A DNA stretch of 64,000 nucleotides from a virus, in the IMG/VR virus record IMGVR_UViG_3300002026_000072, positions 1 through 64,000 of that record; one strand, given 5' to 3'. How positions within the stretch are numbered: position 1 is the stretch's first letter; the number at the start of each line of letters is the position of its first letter. The notes below the pieces were generated by a model, which ran no database searches, was not told the DNA's origin, and worked only from the letters and a program-made list of their open reading frames with translations. The translations under genes and the position numbers were made by a program. This document shows positions 1 through 9,189 of the stretch, piece by piece.

Positions 1-1119
1 CTCATGCTGGGCGCAGCGGCACTCGCTGCCCAGGCGGCAGCGAGCGCGTCGGCCACTGCAGCGCTGACCACAAGCATCCGGCTGGCCGCTTCACCCGCTG
101 CCGTCGCTACCGCTGAGGCCTCGCTGCAGGGTGGGGCGCTCATGGCGGCTGCGCCTGCGGCCGTCGCCACGACCACAGCCGCGCTGACCGTCGGTGTGAG
201 GCTCAGCGCTGCACTGGCTACTTCTGCGTCGGCCACAGCGGCGTTGACAACCAGCATCCAGCTCGCGGCGGCCCCCGCAGCCGCAGCGACCGCGCAGGCA
301 GCGCTGACGACGAGCATCCGCCCCGCTGCCAGCGCTACGGCTAGCGCTACGGCTAGCGCGGCGCTGACCACAGACATCCGCCTCGCTGCTGCACCTGCAG
401 CCGTAGCCACTGCGACCGCCGCGCTCACTGCGCCGGGCGTCACGATGGCCGTCACTGCGACTGCGCAGGCGACCGCCACTGCCGCGCTGACCACTGCCAT
501 CCGCTTCGCAGCGACGCCCGCAGCCGCAGCGACGCTCACCGCTGACGGCACGTTCATCAGGCTCATCGCGTCTGCGCCGGCGGCATCTGCCACGCTCAAC
601 GCCGCGCTGACCACCAGCATCCGGCTGGCCTCGGACGCCATCGCCCAGGCCAGTGCGACCTCAGCCCTGGCGACGAGCATCCGCTTCGCAGCGCAGGCCC
701 AGGCCCAGGCCGCCGGCACGGCCACGCTTACGGGCATCGCCTCACAGCTCGCTGCTGCGGCTATCGCCCAGGCCAGCGCGACCTCAGCCCTGGCGACGCA
801 GATCCGTCTCGCTGCAGATCCTGCGGCTGAGGCCAGCGCGCTCGCTGACCTGTCTGTGCAGGCCCGGTTCTCGGCCTACGCCCAAGCGCTCGCCACGCTG
901 CTCGCCCAGCTCGGCACAGGCAGCGCATCGCTCACCACCCGCACGCTCATCGTCGCTGCGGAGGACCGCACCCTCGTTGCCGGGCTGGCCGAACGCACGC
1001 TGCTCGTGGTCGCGGATTCGCGCCAGCTCAATGTCGATGCTGTAGACCGTACGCTCAACATCGACGCCACAGACCGCACGCTCACGGTCGCCGCCACTGA
1101 CACCCTCGTCTCAGCTTAG
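1..1119 (+). CDS. Ala/Thr-rich repeat protein, probable virion fibre or appendage component (5' end may lie upstream of the window)
   Basis: Frame is open from the window edge (first ATG at 4) to TAG at 1117-1119. About 14 copies of a 20-aa unit AALTTSIRLAAxPAAxATA, then xDRTLxV short repeats. Heads the + strand virion block. Confidence 0.6.
   Translation, partial: LMLGAAALAAQAAASASATAALTTSIRLAASPAAVATAEASLQGGALMAAAPAAVATTTAALTVGVRLSAALATSASATAALTTSIQLAAAPAAAATAQAALTTSIRPAASATASATASAALTTDIRLAAAPAAVATATAALTAPGVTMAVTATAQATATAALTTAIRFAATPAAAATLTADGTFIRLIASAPAASATLNAALTTSIRLASDAIAQASATSALATSIRFAAQAQAQAAGTATLTGIASQLAAAAIAQASATSALATQIRLAADPAAEASALADLSVQARFSAYAQALATLLAQLGTGSASLTTRTLIVAAEDRTLVAGLAERTLLVVADSRQLNVDAVDRTLNIDATDRTLTVAATDTLVSA
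40..840 (+). repeat. In-frame ~60-bp tandem repeat array inside the Ala-rich ORF
   Basis: Units such as gcgctgaccac(a/c)agcatccggctggcc recur at about 61, 241, 301, 361, 481, 601 and 787, at multiples of 60 bp. Confidence 0.7.
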
Positions 1120-1128
1120 GAGAAGACC

Positions 1129-1431
1129 ATGTCCGACACCGAATTCACACAGGCCGCTGGCAAGTGGACCATCGACCGCGACCCCAACGCGGTGCTGGAC
1201 TACAAGGTCGACTTCACGCTATGGCTCGACGCCATGAGCGATACGCTCGCGTCGCACACCACGACACCCACCGACGTCGTCGTGGACTCCAGCTCCATCG
1301 TCGGCAAGAGCGTTGTGCTCTGGATCTCCGGGGGAACAGTCGGAACGCCCGGCAGCGTCAAGATCCACGTGGTCACGACGGGCGGGCGGAGCGACGACCG
1401 CACCATCTATTTCAAGATCAAGGAGCGCTGA
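1129..1431 (+). CDS. hypothetical virion-module protein (100 aa)
   Basis: ATG preceded by aggag (cttaggagaagaccATG). G/C-rich third positions. 9 nt after the upstream stop. Confidence 0.75.
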   Translation: MSDTEFTQAAGKWTIDRDPNAVLDYKVDFTLWLDAMSDTLASHTTTPTDVVVDSSSIVGKSVVLWISGGTVGTPGSVKIHVVTTGGRSDDRTIYFKIKER

Positions 1432-1548
1432 ACACGTGGCATAGACCAGTGGAGGGTGTCGCCACGCTGCGGGTGCGTCTCGGCTCGCTATCCAACCCTC
1501 CATAGCGCAGGCTGGCGGCTACCTTGGTCGCTCGCCTGCGCACCTTTA

Positions 1549-1575
1549 ATCTAAGTTCGATCCGACTTAGAATCC
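1549..1575. promoter_or_regulatory. Phage-specific palindrome motif copy (atctaagttcgat + ccgacttagaatcc)
   Basis: Matches ATC(T/G)AA(C/G)TT(A/C)GAT. Lies in an intergenic gap 26 nt upstream of the 1601 ATG. Confidence 0.6.
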
Positions 1576-1600
1576 AACCAGTTCTTTATAGGAGCCCATC

Positions 1601-2008
1601 ATGGCGAATGCTCTCTACGGCAAAGGCAAGGAGAAGTTCCTCTCCGGTGCCATCAATCTCGTCTCCGACACGATCAAGCTGGCGCTCGTCAGCAGCGCGT
1701 ACTCGCCCACGATGGCGTCCGACGAGTTCTTCTCGACGATCTCCGCCTACGTCTTGAACACGCCCCAGACTCTGGGCGCCAAGACGGTCACGCTCGGGGT
1801 CTTCGACAATACGGTCGATCCGACGTTCACAGCAGTGTCGGCGGGCTCCACGGCGAAGGCTGTGGTGATCTACAAGGACACTGGCGTGGTCGGCACGAGC
1901 CCGCTGATCGCCTACATCGACACCATCACTGGGTTCCCGCTCGCCACGAACGGCGGCGACATCCAGATCGTGTTCGACAGCGGGGCGTACAAGATCTTCT
2001 CGCTCTAA
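1601..2008 (+). CDS. hypothetical structural protein (135 aa)
   Basis: taggagcccatcATG ribosome-binding site. Preceded by the motif-containing gap. Clean coding bias. Confidence 0.8.
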   Translation: MANALYGKGKEKFLSGAINLVSDTIKLALVSSAYSPTMASDEFFSTISAYVLNTPQTLGAKTVTLGVFDNTVDPTFTAVSAGSTAKAVVIYKDTGVVGTSPLIAYIDTITGFPLATNGGDIQIVFDSGAYKIFSL

Positions 2009-2026
2009 CCTGCGCAGGAGTAGGTC

Positions 2027-3340
2027 GTGGCTACGGTCTACGTTCAGGACAGGTTCAGAGGGTCGGGCAATCTCGTCGGCTCCTACCCTGACGCCTACGC
2101 GGCAGGGCTTGGGGCATGGGGAGGTTCGGCCACAACAGAAGTAGTCCGCACAGCAAGCGGTATCACGCTGGCTGGCGGATCGGGACCGGTATCTGCCACC
2201 CTCACAGACGGCACAACCACGCTCGGCACGGGCGTGTTTGTCGTGGAGGTGGATACGCGCGGACCCTGCACTCTTGCGGTGCTGATGGATGCGGGCGGGG
2301 CCAATTACCAAGCCACGATCGACCGCATGAATGCGACTCTCGACCCCATCTACGATGAGGGCGGGAGCTCTGGAAATATCGGGGGCGAACTTCTATCGGG
2401 TGGGGATGTCGGGTGGGGCGGCTCAATCGTTCTGCGGGTTGAGATCACCACCACGACGTTCAAAGCGTTCGCACGCGGGGTGCAGCTCGGGTCCACTTGG
2501 ACATGGACTACGCCGCTTACCACGTCGTCACCGATTACCGTCGCCGGGCTGCTGTTCAACGAGTACACCGCATCGACTGCACTCACGGCGGCCTACATCC
2601 ACGCCGTCCGCGAGACCACATCCGGTGCGCTCGGCGAGCCGATAGGCACCGTCTACCCCGCAACGTCGATCGACCCGACCACCGCGTTCGGCACACCTAC
2701 TGCGCCGCCCATCGCCCTGACGGTCGCACCTACCGCCGAGTTCGGTCTACCCCGCGCCGCTGTGGCTTACGGAGCGACAGCGGTCGCGCCGGAGACGCAG
2801 TTCGGCACCGGTGCGCTCACACTCAACACGGCACGCGCCGCAGCCACGATCGAGCCAACCATCCTGTTCGGCTCGACCGCCGCAGCAGCGGGGTTCATCC
2901 TCACCTTGCCGGGCTATGCGGAGTGGATCGCGCCGACGACTCAGTTCGGCAGGCCAGCGATAACGAAGGCGCTCCACGCAGACGCGACGGGCTGGGCGTC
3001 GAGCAACGTGCCCGCGCCGATGGTCCGACTACCCTCAGTGGCCTCCGGCTTCGTATCGGGGGGCATGGGCGAGCATGGGCTGTTCGCGGCGCAGAACGCG
3101 ACGGGATTCAGGGGCACGACGTTCGGCGCGGTATCGAGTCTCATCCTGGTCAGTGCGGCGGGCATGTGTCGTACACAACTCGGCGTGCTTTCTTCGCAGT
3201 GCCGCGGATCGTTCGAGGCGAACTCGCTGATGGACACGACCTTCGGCACCCCTGATGCAACAAAGAATACCCAGCGCCTGCGGGGCAACTTGTTCCGCAC
3301 CTCCTTCGGCCGGGCACAAGCCGAGAGGACCGCCCCATGA
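2027..3340 (+). CDS. tail-associated protein (437 aa), function unknown
   Basis: GTG start after aggagtaggtc. C-terminal half has repeated xxTxFGxP units (TAFGTPTA, AEFGLPRA, TQFGTGAL, ILFGSTAA, TQFGRPAI). Stop overlaps the next start (ATGA). Confidence 0.7.
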   Translation: MATVYVQDRFRGSGNLVGSYPDAYAAGLGAWGGSATTEVVRTASGITLAGGSGPVSATLTDGTTTLGTGVFVVEVDTRGPCTLAVLMDAGGANYQATIDRMNATLDPIYDEGGSSGNIGGELLSGGDVGWGGSIVLRVEITTTTFKAFARGVQLGSTWTWTTPLTTSSPITVAGLLFNEYTASTALTAAYIHAVRETTSGALGEPIGTVYPATSIDPTTAFGTPTAPPIALTVAPTAEFGLPRAAVAYGATAVAPETQFGTGALTLNTARAAATIEPTILFGSTAAAAGFILTLPGYAEWIAPTTQFGRPAITKALHADATGWASSNVPAPMVRLPSVASGFVSGGMGEHGLFAAQNATGFRGTTFGAVSSLILVSAAGMCRTQLGVLSSQCRGSFEANSLMDTTFGTPDATKNTQRLRGNLFRTSFGRAQAERTAP

Positions 3341-4461
3341 AGCTCCAGAAGTTCCTCGGCATCAACAACGTCGCCGACCGCACGCGGCTGGCTGACGGCG
3401 AGATGCTGACGGCGACGAACGTCGACATCGGCAGTACCGGCAACGTACTCAGTAGGCGCGGGCGCACGCTGCTGCGCGCTGGTTCCGCGCACTCTCTGTT
3501 CGAGTCGCCGTTCGGCACCTTCGCCGTGATCAACAGCGACCTCGTCCTACTCAACGCGGCCGGCGCGCTGCTGCGCACGGTCTACCCGACCCTCGGGTAC
3601 ACACGCGTCTGGTACACCCTGCTGGCCGACGGGCGCGTGGCGTTCTCGAACGGGTACATCAACGGGCTGGCGACAGCGACCACAACGACGGAGTGGGGAA
3701 TCAAGGCACCGGAGTCCGTAGGCTATGCGGCGAGCGGTACGACGATGTACGCCCTCACGCACGTCCGGCTGAGCGACGGCCTCGAAGGCCCGGCGATCTA
3801 CGGCCCGCCCAGCGACCTGAGCAGCCTTACCGGTCTGCCCGTGCGCGAGGGGTTCTCGATAAACATCTACACCGCCCCCTACGGCGAGGAACTGTTCCTG
3901 GCCGGCAACACTACGACAGACACCGCTGCGATTGGGAGCCCCGGTGTAGCGTACCTCGGGGCCGGGCTGGCTGAGCCGCCCGTCGGCACACAGCTCACAA
4001 CCTGGCTCTCGCGGGTGCTGATCGTCGAGGGCAGCACGCTCTGGGCCACGCGCCCGTTCCAGCCGGAGATGATCGACCTGACACGTGACTTCGTCCAGAT
4101 GCCGCGCGACATCACCCTCGTGTACGGCACCAACAGTGGCGTGTTCATCGGCACGTCCGAAGGGATCACGTGGCTCGACGGCACGTCCGTGGCGGAGTGG
4201 AAGAGCCAGCCCATCGCAACGGGCGCAGTCACGCTCGGCTCCGCGGTCGAGATCCCGCTCGGATACCTGCAGAAAGAGGTCCGCCCAAGCGGGTTGCTCC
4301 AGGGCGCACTGTGTCTGGTCGGCGGGGTCGTTCACCTCATCTACGGGAACGGGCAGATCCTGGCGCTGACCAGCCACAAGTACAAGATGGACGCGACCGA
4401 GGTAATCGCGACTGCGCGGGTACGTGACGGGGTCATGCAGTACCTTGCAGCACCGGTGTGA
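3337..4461 (+). CDS. tail-associated protein (374 aa)
   Basis: ATGA overlap with the upstream gene and GTGA overlap with the downstream gene. Strand-rich composition suggests a beta-rich fold. Confidence 0.75.
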   Translation: MKLQKFLGINNVADRTRLADGEMLTATNVDIGSTGNVLSRRGRTLLRAGSAHSLFESPFGTFAVINSDLVLLNAAGALLRTVYPTLGYTRVWYTLLADGRVAFSNGYINGLATATTTTEWGIKAPESVGYAASGTTMYALTHVRLSDGLEGPAIYGPPSDLSSLTGLPVREGFSINIYTAPYGEELFLAGNTTTDTAAIGSPGVAYLGAGLAEPPVGTQLTTWLSRVLIVEGSTLWATRPFQPEMIDLTRDFVQMPRDITLVYGTNSGVFIGTSEGITWLDGTSVAEWKSQPIATGAVTLGSAVEIPLGYLQKEVRPSGLLQGALCLVGGVVHLIYGNGQILALTSHKYKMDATEVIATARVRDGVMQYLAAPV

Positions 4462-6503
4462 AGGACTATTACTTCCACGACCGCGACGGCAACCCCCTGA
4501 CGGGGAAGGTGCCGGTTGCGCTCCACGTGTTCGGCGACGGCGACCAGCAGGCCGCGGTGGCTGAGGCGTCGATCGAGCTCCAGACGTTCCTCATGGATGT
4601 GCAGCTGAGCTCGGCGCCCTACCACCGCAGAGACGTCAGGCTCCTGAACGGGCAGGCGCAGTTCCAGGCCAATCACGGCGAGATTCGCGTCGACGTCTTC
4701 GCTGAGCCGGCAGGCCAGCCCTCACCGACCTTCTACGGCGGCATCCTCCTGAAGATCAACGTGGTCGAGGACGAAGAAGCCTACATGGCGAACGCGCGGC
4801 ATGGGCTCATGACGGTGCCGAACACCGGCGATCTCTGGCCACAAATAAACGACTCATCGGAGCTCGACGACACGGTGGCGAAGATGGAGCGGTATGGGCG
4901 TCACGAGCTCAAGCTCGTTCCGTCCTGCGTCAAGTTCAGCGGCGAGGACGACGAGCACCCTGGCCGGCCCGCGGTCCCTGGCACCCCGGATGGAGCGCTG
5001 ACTGAGTGGCTGATCATCCAGATTGCTCGGGACAGAGACCTGACTGATGAGCCAATCAGGAACGGCGCGATCAAGATCTACCGCATTCACGAACCCAAGT
5101 TTGGCGACATCATCGAGCTGAAGTACTACGACGACGAGTACTTGCTGTCGACCAAGCTCGTGAACGTCGAGGAAGTAGGCGACACCGCCCCTGAGTTCTA
5201 TATGTGCGGGCAGGTAGTTCAGTCGATTCCACCGATGAACTTCGCGGTCAACGAAAGCGGGCTCGGGACGGACGATACCTACAGCCCGAAGAACGCCGGC
5301 AGCGCCCTGCGCACTTTTAACTTTGCCCCGGTGTCGTTTGAAACTGCGGGGGAAAGCGCGAAGGGCATCGTCATCTTCGCAATCGCGGATCAACTCTGGG
5401 CGTGCAACTCAGCTGCTGAAACTCCCGAGTGGTCGCTCCTGGACACCGGAACACGCCCCAGCAGAAACCCCAATCAATACGGGAGGGATTTCACGGAAAG
5501 CATCAGTCCGTCGGGCGTCGCGACAATTACTTGCTCCGGCACAAACGGTGCGGGGGACTGCAGTGGGTTCGTCGTCACTATCACCCCCCAAGAGAACGCC
5601 CCCGCCGTGATAACGGGAAAAATCACTTTGGCGCCGACTGGCGACACCAGCTGGGCGTTTCCAGTCGTCGACGAGTGGAGAGCCAACGGGGCAAACACGA
5701 TCGGGCAAACCCAGATCGAATACACGTACACGAACACATACAAGTTCTGGGTGTGGCCGGGGCAATACGAGACCGACCCGCCAGAGATGATTACGCAGAC
5801 TTACGACGAGATTCACACTTACCCCAGCGACGGGACGGATTCGTCCACTATCACACACGTGATCTACAGTGACAGTGGGTCGGAGACTGTAGATAGATTC
5901 CTGGGCGGGGTGGAAAGATACCAAGCGCTCGTGAACTCCACAAAGGGTAGGACGGTCCGCACTACTAAACAGAACTCGACACTCACTCCAGTCCCGAGCC
6001 CGGACCCTCCGGTTGGGTACACGAGCAGCACATGGTCGCCAGAATTGACATGGGAGACAGAGTATTCGGTGCAGGGGTACTCTGGGGTTGGGACGTTCTC
6101 GTACTACCTCTTTACTGGGATGGAGGAGCCTACCGTATCTGTCACGTCCTATCTCTCTGGCGGAGCATTCGACGAACCCTCGGTACACAAGCACATCTAC
6201 ACCGCACGCGACACGCACACGCGCCAGCTTGCTCTGCGCATCGACCAGGGCAGATCCGGCTCGACGGGATACACGGACATGGTCACAGGAAACATAGGCG
6301 CGGCGGTGGGGACAGTCCAGGCATATCTGCACTACAACTTCAACGCTTGGCGGCTCGACCACAAGCTCTTGCGTCCAGACGGCTCCGTCGTCATCGCGTG
6401 GAATAACGTACCTGCCATGTTCCCGCCCGCAGTGGAGGCCGCCGCGTCAGCCATTCACTGGCAGGAGTTTGTCTCCTACAACATCCCCGGCACGACGATT
6501 TAA
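4458..6503 (+). CDS. large tail or receptor-binding candidate (681 aa)
   Basis: GTG start coupled to the upstream TGA. The central and C-terminal part (~4850-6250) is visibly lower in GC than its neighbours. Confidence 0.75.
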   Translation: MKDYYFHDRDGNPLTGKVPVALHVFGDGDQQAAVAEASIELQTFLMDVQLSSAPYHRRDVRLLNGQAQFQANHGEIRVDVFAEPAGQPSPTFYGGILLKINVVEDEEAYMANARHGLMTVPNTGDLWPQINDSSELDDTVAKMERYGRHELKLVPSCVKFSGEDDEHPGRPAVPGTPDGALTEWLIIQIARDRDLTDEPIRNGAIKIYRIHEPKFGDIIELKYYDDEYLLSTKLVNVEEVGDTAPEFYMCGQVVQSIPPMNFAVNESGLGTDDTYSPKNAGSALRTFNFAPVSFETAGESAKGIVIFAIADQLWACNSAAETPEWSLLDTGTRPSRNPNQYGRDFTESISPSGVATITCSGTNGAGDCSGFVVTITPQENAPAVITGKITLAPTGDTSWAFPVVDEWRANGANTIGQTQIEYTYTNTYKFWVWPGQYETDPPEMITQTYDEIHTYPSDGTDSSTITHVIYSDSGSETVDRFLGGVERYQALVNSTKGRTVRTTKQNSTLTPVPSPDPPVGYTSSTWSPELTWETEYSVQGYSGVGTFSYYLFTGMEEPTVSVTSYLSGGAFDEPSVHKHIYTARDTHTRQLALRIDQGRSGSTGYTDMVTGNIGAAVGTVQAYLHYNFNAWRLDHKLLRPDGSVVIAWNNVPAMFPPAVEAAASAIHWQEFVSYNIPGTTI

Positions 6504-6524
6504 CTCGACACGGAGCGCTGAGCT

Positions 6525-6869
6525 ATGGACTTCCCTAGTAACCGAGGTGGCGACACCATCTGCAAACTCGACGACCGCGTCTACTTCGACCCGCGTACCG
6601 GCGGTTTTGTTGTGCAGATGCTCTGGGTTGCGGGTGAACGTACCAGCAGGGATACTACGGACGTCAATGCTCCGTGGGAAAGCATCATCGCTTTCCCCCT
6701 GGTGTGCGAGACCTACGTCGGGAACAACCTCGGCCACGTACCGCTCAAGGACGTGCTCAATGAGTGGATGGAGCTGGGCGCCACCCACGGCACGCTGGGT
6801 CAGCTCCCGCTCTCATTCAACAAAGTCTTCATCGACGATAGGGTCGCGCTCGACGCGATGTTGATATGA
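6525..6869 (+). CDS. hypothetical protein (114 aa)
   Basis: ATG 21 nt after the upstream stop. Stop overlaps the next ATG (ATGA at 6866). Confidence 0.7.
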   Translation: MDFPSNRGGDTICKLDDRVYFDPRTGGFVVQMLWVAGERTSRDTTDVNAPWESIIAFPLVCETYVGNNLGHVPLKDVLNEWMELGATHGTLGQLPLSFNKVFIDDRVALDAMLI

Positions 6870-7303
6870 ACACGCTCGTCCTCAATCTTGAAAACCTTGC
6901 GGCCACTGAGTACACCACGCCCTTCACCGGGCTGGCTGGTAACTACGAGGCGACCGCGACCGGCGTGTATGCCGCAGGCGGAACCGAAGACGACGGCGTG
7001 GCGTTTGCGTCGGGCATCTCTTTCGGCATGAAGCTGACGGGCAGCGCCCGCAAGCAGCACCCACGCTACCTCTACATCTACCACACAGGCGAGCCGGTGC
7101 TGACCGCCACGATCACAGACAGCGGCGGCGTCTCTCACAGCTACGACGAGGCCCACCGCACTGACCGCGCAGGGAGGTTCACCCTCGGCCGCGGCTTCAG
7201 GGACAACTATCTCGCTGTCGGGCTGACGTCCGACGGCAGCGATGCGTTTGCAATCGACAAGATCGAGTTCGACGCCGACGTCTCAGCCAACCGGAGAATC
7301 TGA
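6866..7303 (+). CDS. hypothetical virion protein (145 aa)
   Basis: Translationally coupled at both ends. Confidence 0.7.
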   Translation: MNTLVLNLENLAATEYTTPFTGLAGNYEATATGVYAAGGTEDDGVAFASGISFGMKLTGSARKQHPRYLYIYHTGEPVLTATITDSGGVSHSYDEAHRTDRAGRFTLGRGFRDNYLAVGLTSDGSDAFAIDKIEFDADVSANRRI

Positions 7304-9144
7304 TGGCTTTCCAACAAGTTGAAGGGCTGTTCAACAGCGCGCAGAACTACGCGAACAACGCGGGCACGGCAGCGAACGGCTTCATTATCGCCCTCGGAAG
7401 TGCGCTAAGCGGCATCGTCCTGCCACCGATGCCGGTGAACACAGCAGCGCCGCCGGCACCCACACCGCCGACCCAGGTCACGATCACAGTGCCGGCGGTG
7501 GCGACGGAGATCTCGAATTACGAGGGTGGCGATACGCCAGAGAAGCCCGACGTGACTGTGGACCGCTCGGGGGCGCCGGCACAACCAGCCTACGCCACCA
7601 ACGTCTATGTGCCAGGGGCGGCGCCACCGCAGCCCACGTTCGACGGCAGTCTGATGGACCTCACGTACTGGAGGCCCACAGTGGGGGCATGGACGTCGCC
7701 CACGCCGCCCACCCTTCTAGAGCTGTCGATCTTGCCGTTTGAGGGGGTCAACACGCACGAGGATTTTCTGTCCAGCATCGAGAAGCCGAAGGAACTCACG
7801 GTCACGCCGCCGACACAGTACACCTACGTGAAGGAGTCCAAATACGTATCAGCGCTGATAGACGCGATCAACAACAACATTCGAGCTCGTCTGAACGGAG
7901 ACAGTGCGCTCCCGCCCGAAGTCGAGGAGGTGATCTGGTCCCGCGGACGTAGCCGCGAGACCGCCATCTGGGCCGCAGCCGCTGCGGAGGTCATCCACAA
8001 CGCCGAAGCTCGGGGATTCTCGCTGCCGACCGGCGCGCTGGCCGCGCAGACCCGCGAAGCACTGAAGGCAGCGTCTGTGAAGACCTCCGAGGTGAACCGC
8101 GACATCATGGTCAAGCAAGCTGAGACTGCGCAGGCCAATGCAAGGCACGCCATCGAGCAGGGCATCGCCCTGGAGTCGCGCCTGATTGAGCACGCAAACA
8201 ACATGGAGCAGCGCACATTCGACGCCGCGAAGTATCTGGCTGAGAACATGATCGAGATCTACAACGCCCGGGTCGGCGCGTACAAAGCACAGATGGATCT
8301 GTACACGGCGGGAGTCACCGCATATCGCGGACTGATAGACGCCGAGCGCGCCAAGGTTGACGCGTACCAAGCCACAGTTAGCGCAGAGCGAGCGAAGGCC
8401 GACATCAACCAAGCGAACGTCGCTGTCTACAGCGCTCAGTTGCAGGCGCGAGAGACGGTGGTCAAAGCGTACGCGGCGGAGATCGAAGCCATGCAGGCTA
8501 TGCTCGCTGCGGACAAACTGCAGGTCGAGATATTCGGCGAACAGATCAAGGCGTACGTCGCCACCATCGGCTCAGAGACTGCGCGGGTCGAAGTGTTCAA
8601 GGCAAAGACCGACGCCAACAAAACTCTGGCGGAGTCCTACCGCGCGGAGGTCGAGGCATACGCAACGGGGGTGCAGGCCCAGGTCGCTACCGCGAAGGCC
8701 AACGCCGAAATCTACGACGCCGTGATGCGCGGGCACGTGTCGCAAGTCCAGGCATACGCAGCCCGAGTCGGCGCTGAGGCAGAAATGGTGCGCGCAGAGG
8801 TCCAGGTCGCCGGGCTGGAAGTGGAGGCGGGCAAAGCGCAGATCAGCCAGAACATCGCCCAGGCGCAAGTAAATGCTGAGCACTTCAAAGCGATGGTCTC
8901 GCTCTACGAGTCGAACAAGTCGCTTGCTCTGCAGCAGGCGAAGATCGTCGGGGATCAGTTCTTCACGATGCGCAGCATGATCGCAGACCAAGCGAAGGTC
9001 GGCGCACAGGTCAACTCTCAGCTTGCAGCGTCGGCCTACGGCACGATCCGGGCGTCGGCCGGGATCAGCGGCACGTCCTCGGATTCGACGCAGTGGAGCT
9101 ACACCGGCAGGACGAGCAACACGAGCGCCTCGCCGTATTCGTGA
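7303..9144 (+). CDS. coiled-coil internal virion or ejection-type protein (613 aa)
   Basis: Pro-rich N-terminal third. Then about 350 aa of Ala/Glu/Gln heptad-like sequence (AERAKVDAYQATVSAERAKADINQ...). First of three large consecutive virion ORFs. Confidence 0.7.
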   Translation: MAFQQVEGLFNSAQNYANNAGTAANGFIIALGSALSGIVLPPMPVNTAAPPAPTPPTQVTITVPAVATEISNYEGGDTPEKPDVTVDRSGAPAQPAYATNVYVPGAAPPQPTFDGSLMDLTYWRPTVGAWTSPTPPTLLELSILPFEGVNTHEDFLSSIEKPKELTVTPPTQYTYVKESKYVSALIDAINNNIRARLNGDSALPPEVEEVIWSRGRSRETAIWAAAAAEVIHNAEARGFSLPTGALAAQTREALKAASVKTSEVNRDIMVKQAETAQANARHAIEQGIALESRLIEHANNMEQRTFDAAKYLAENMIEIYNARVGAYKAQMDLYTAGVTAYRGLIDAERAKVDAYQATVSAERAKADINQANVAVYSAQLQARETVVKAYAAEIEAMQAMLAADKLQVEIFGEQIKAYVATIGSETARVEVFKAKTDANKTLAESYRAEVEAYATGVQAQVATAKANAEIYDAVMRGHVSQVQAYAARVGAEAEMVRAEVQVAGLEVEAGKAQISQNIAQAQVNAEHFKAMVSLYESNKSLALQQAKIVGDQFFTMRSMIADQAKVGAQVNSQLAASAYGTIRASAGISGTSSDSTQWSYTGRTSNTSASPYS

Positions 9145-9160
9145 TCCGCCGACATTTACA

Positions 9161-9178
9161 ATCTAACTTAGATCGAAC
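9161..9178. promoter_or_regulatory. Palindrome motif copy (atctaacttagatcgaac)
   Basis: Intergenic, 11 nt upstream of the 9190 ATG and immediately 5' of the aggag RBS. Confidence 0.6.
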
Positions 9179-9189
9179 AGGAGCCGCGT

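Noticed and set aside
40-840. CRISPR-like or non-coding tandem repeat
   Set aside because: The 60-bp periodicity is in-frame within a long ORF and has no unique spacers. It is a protein repeat.
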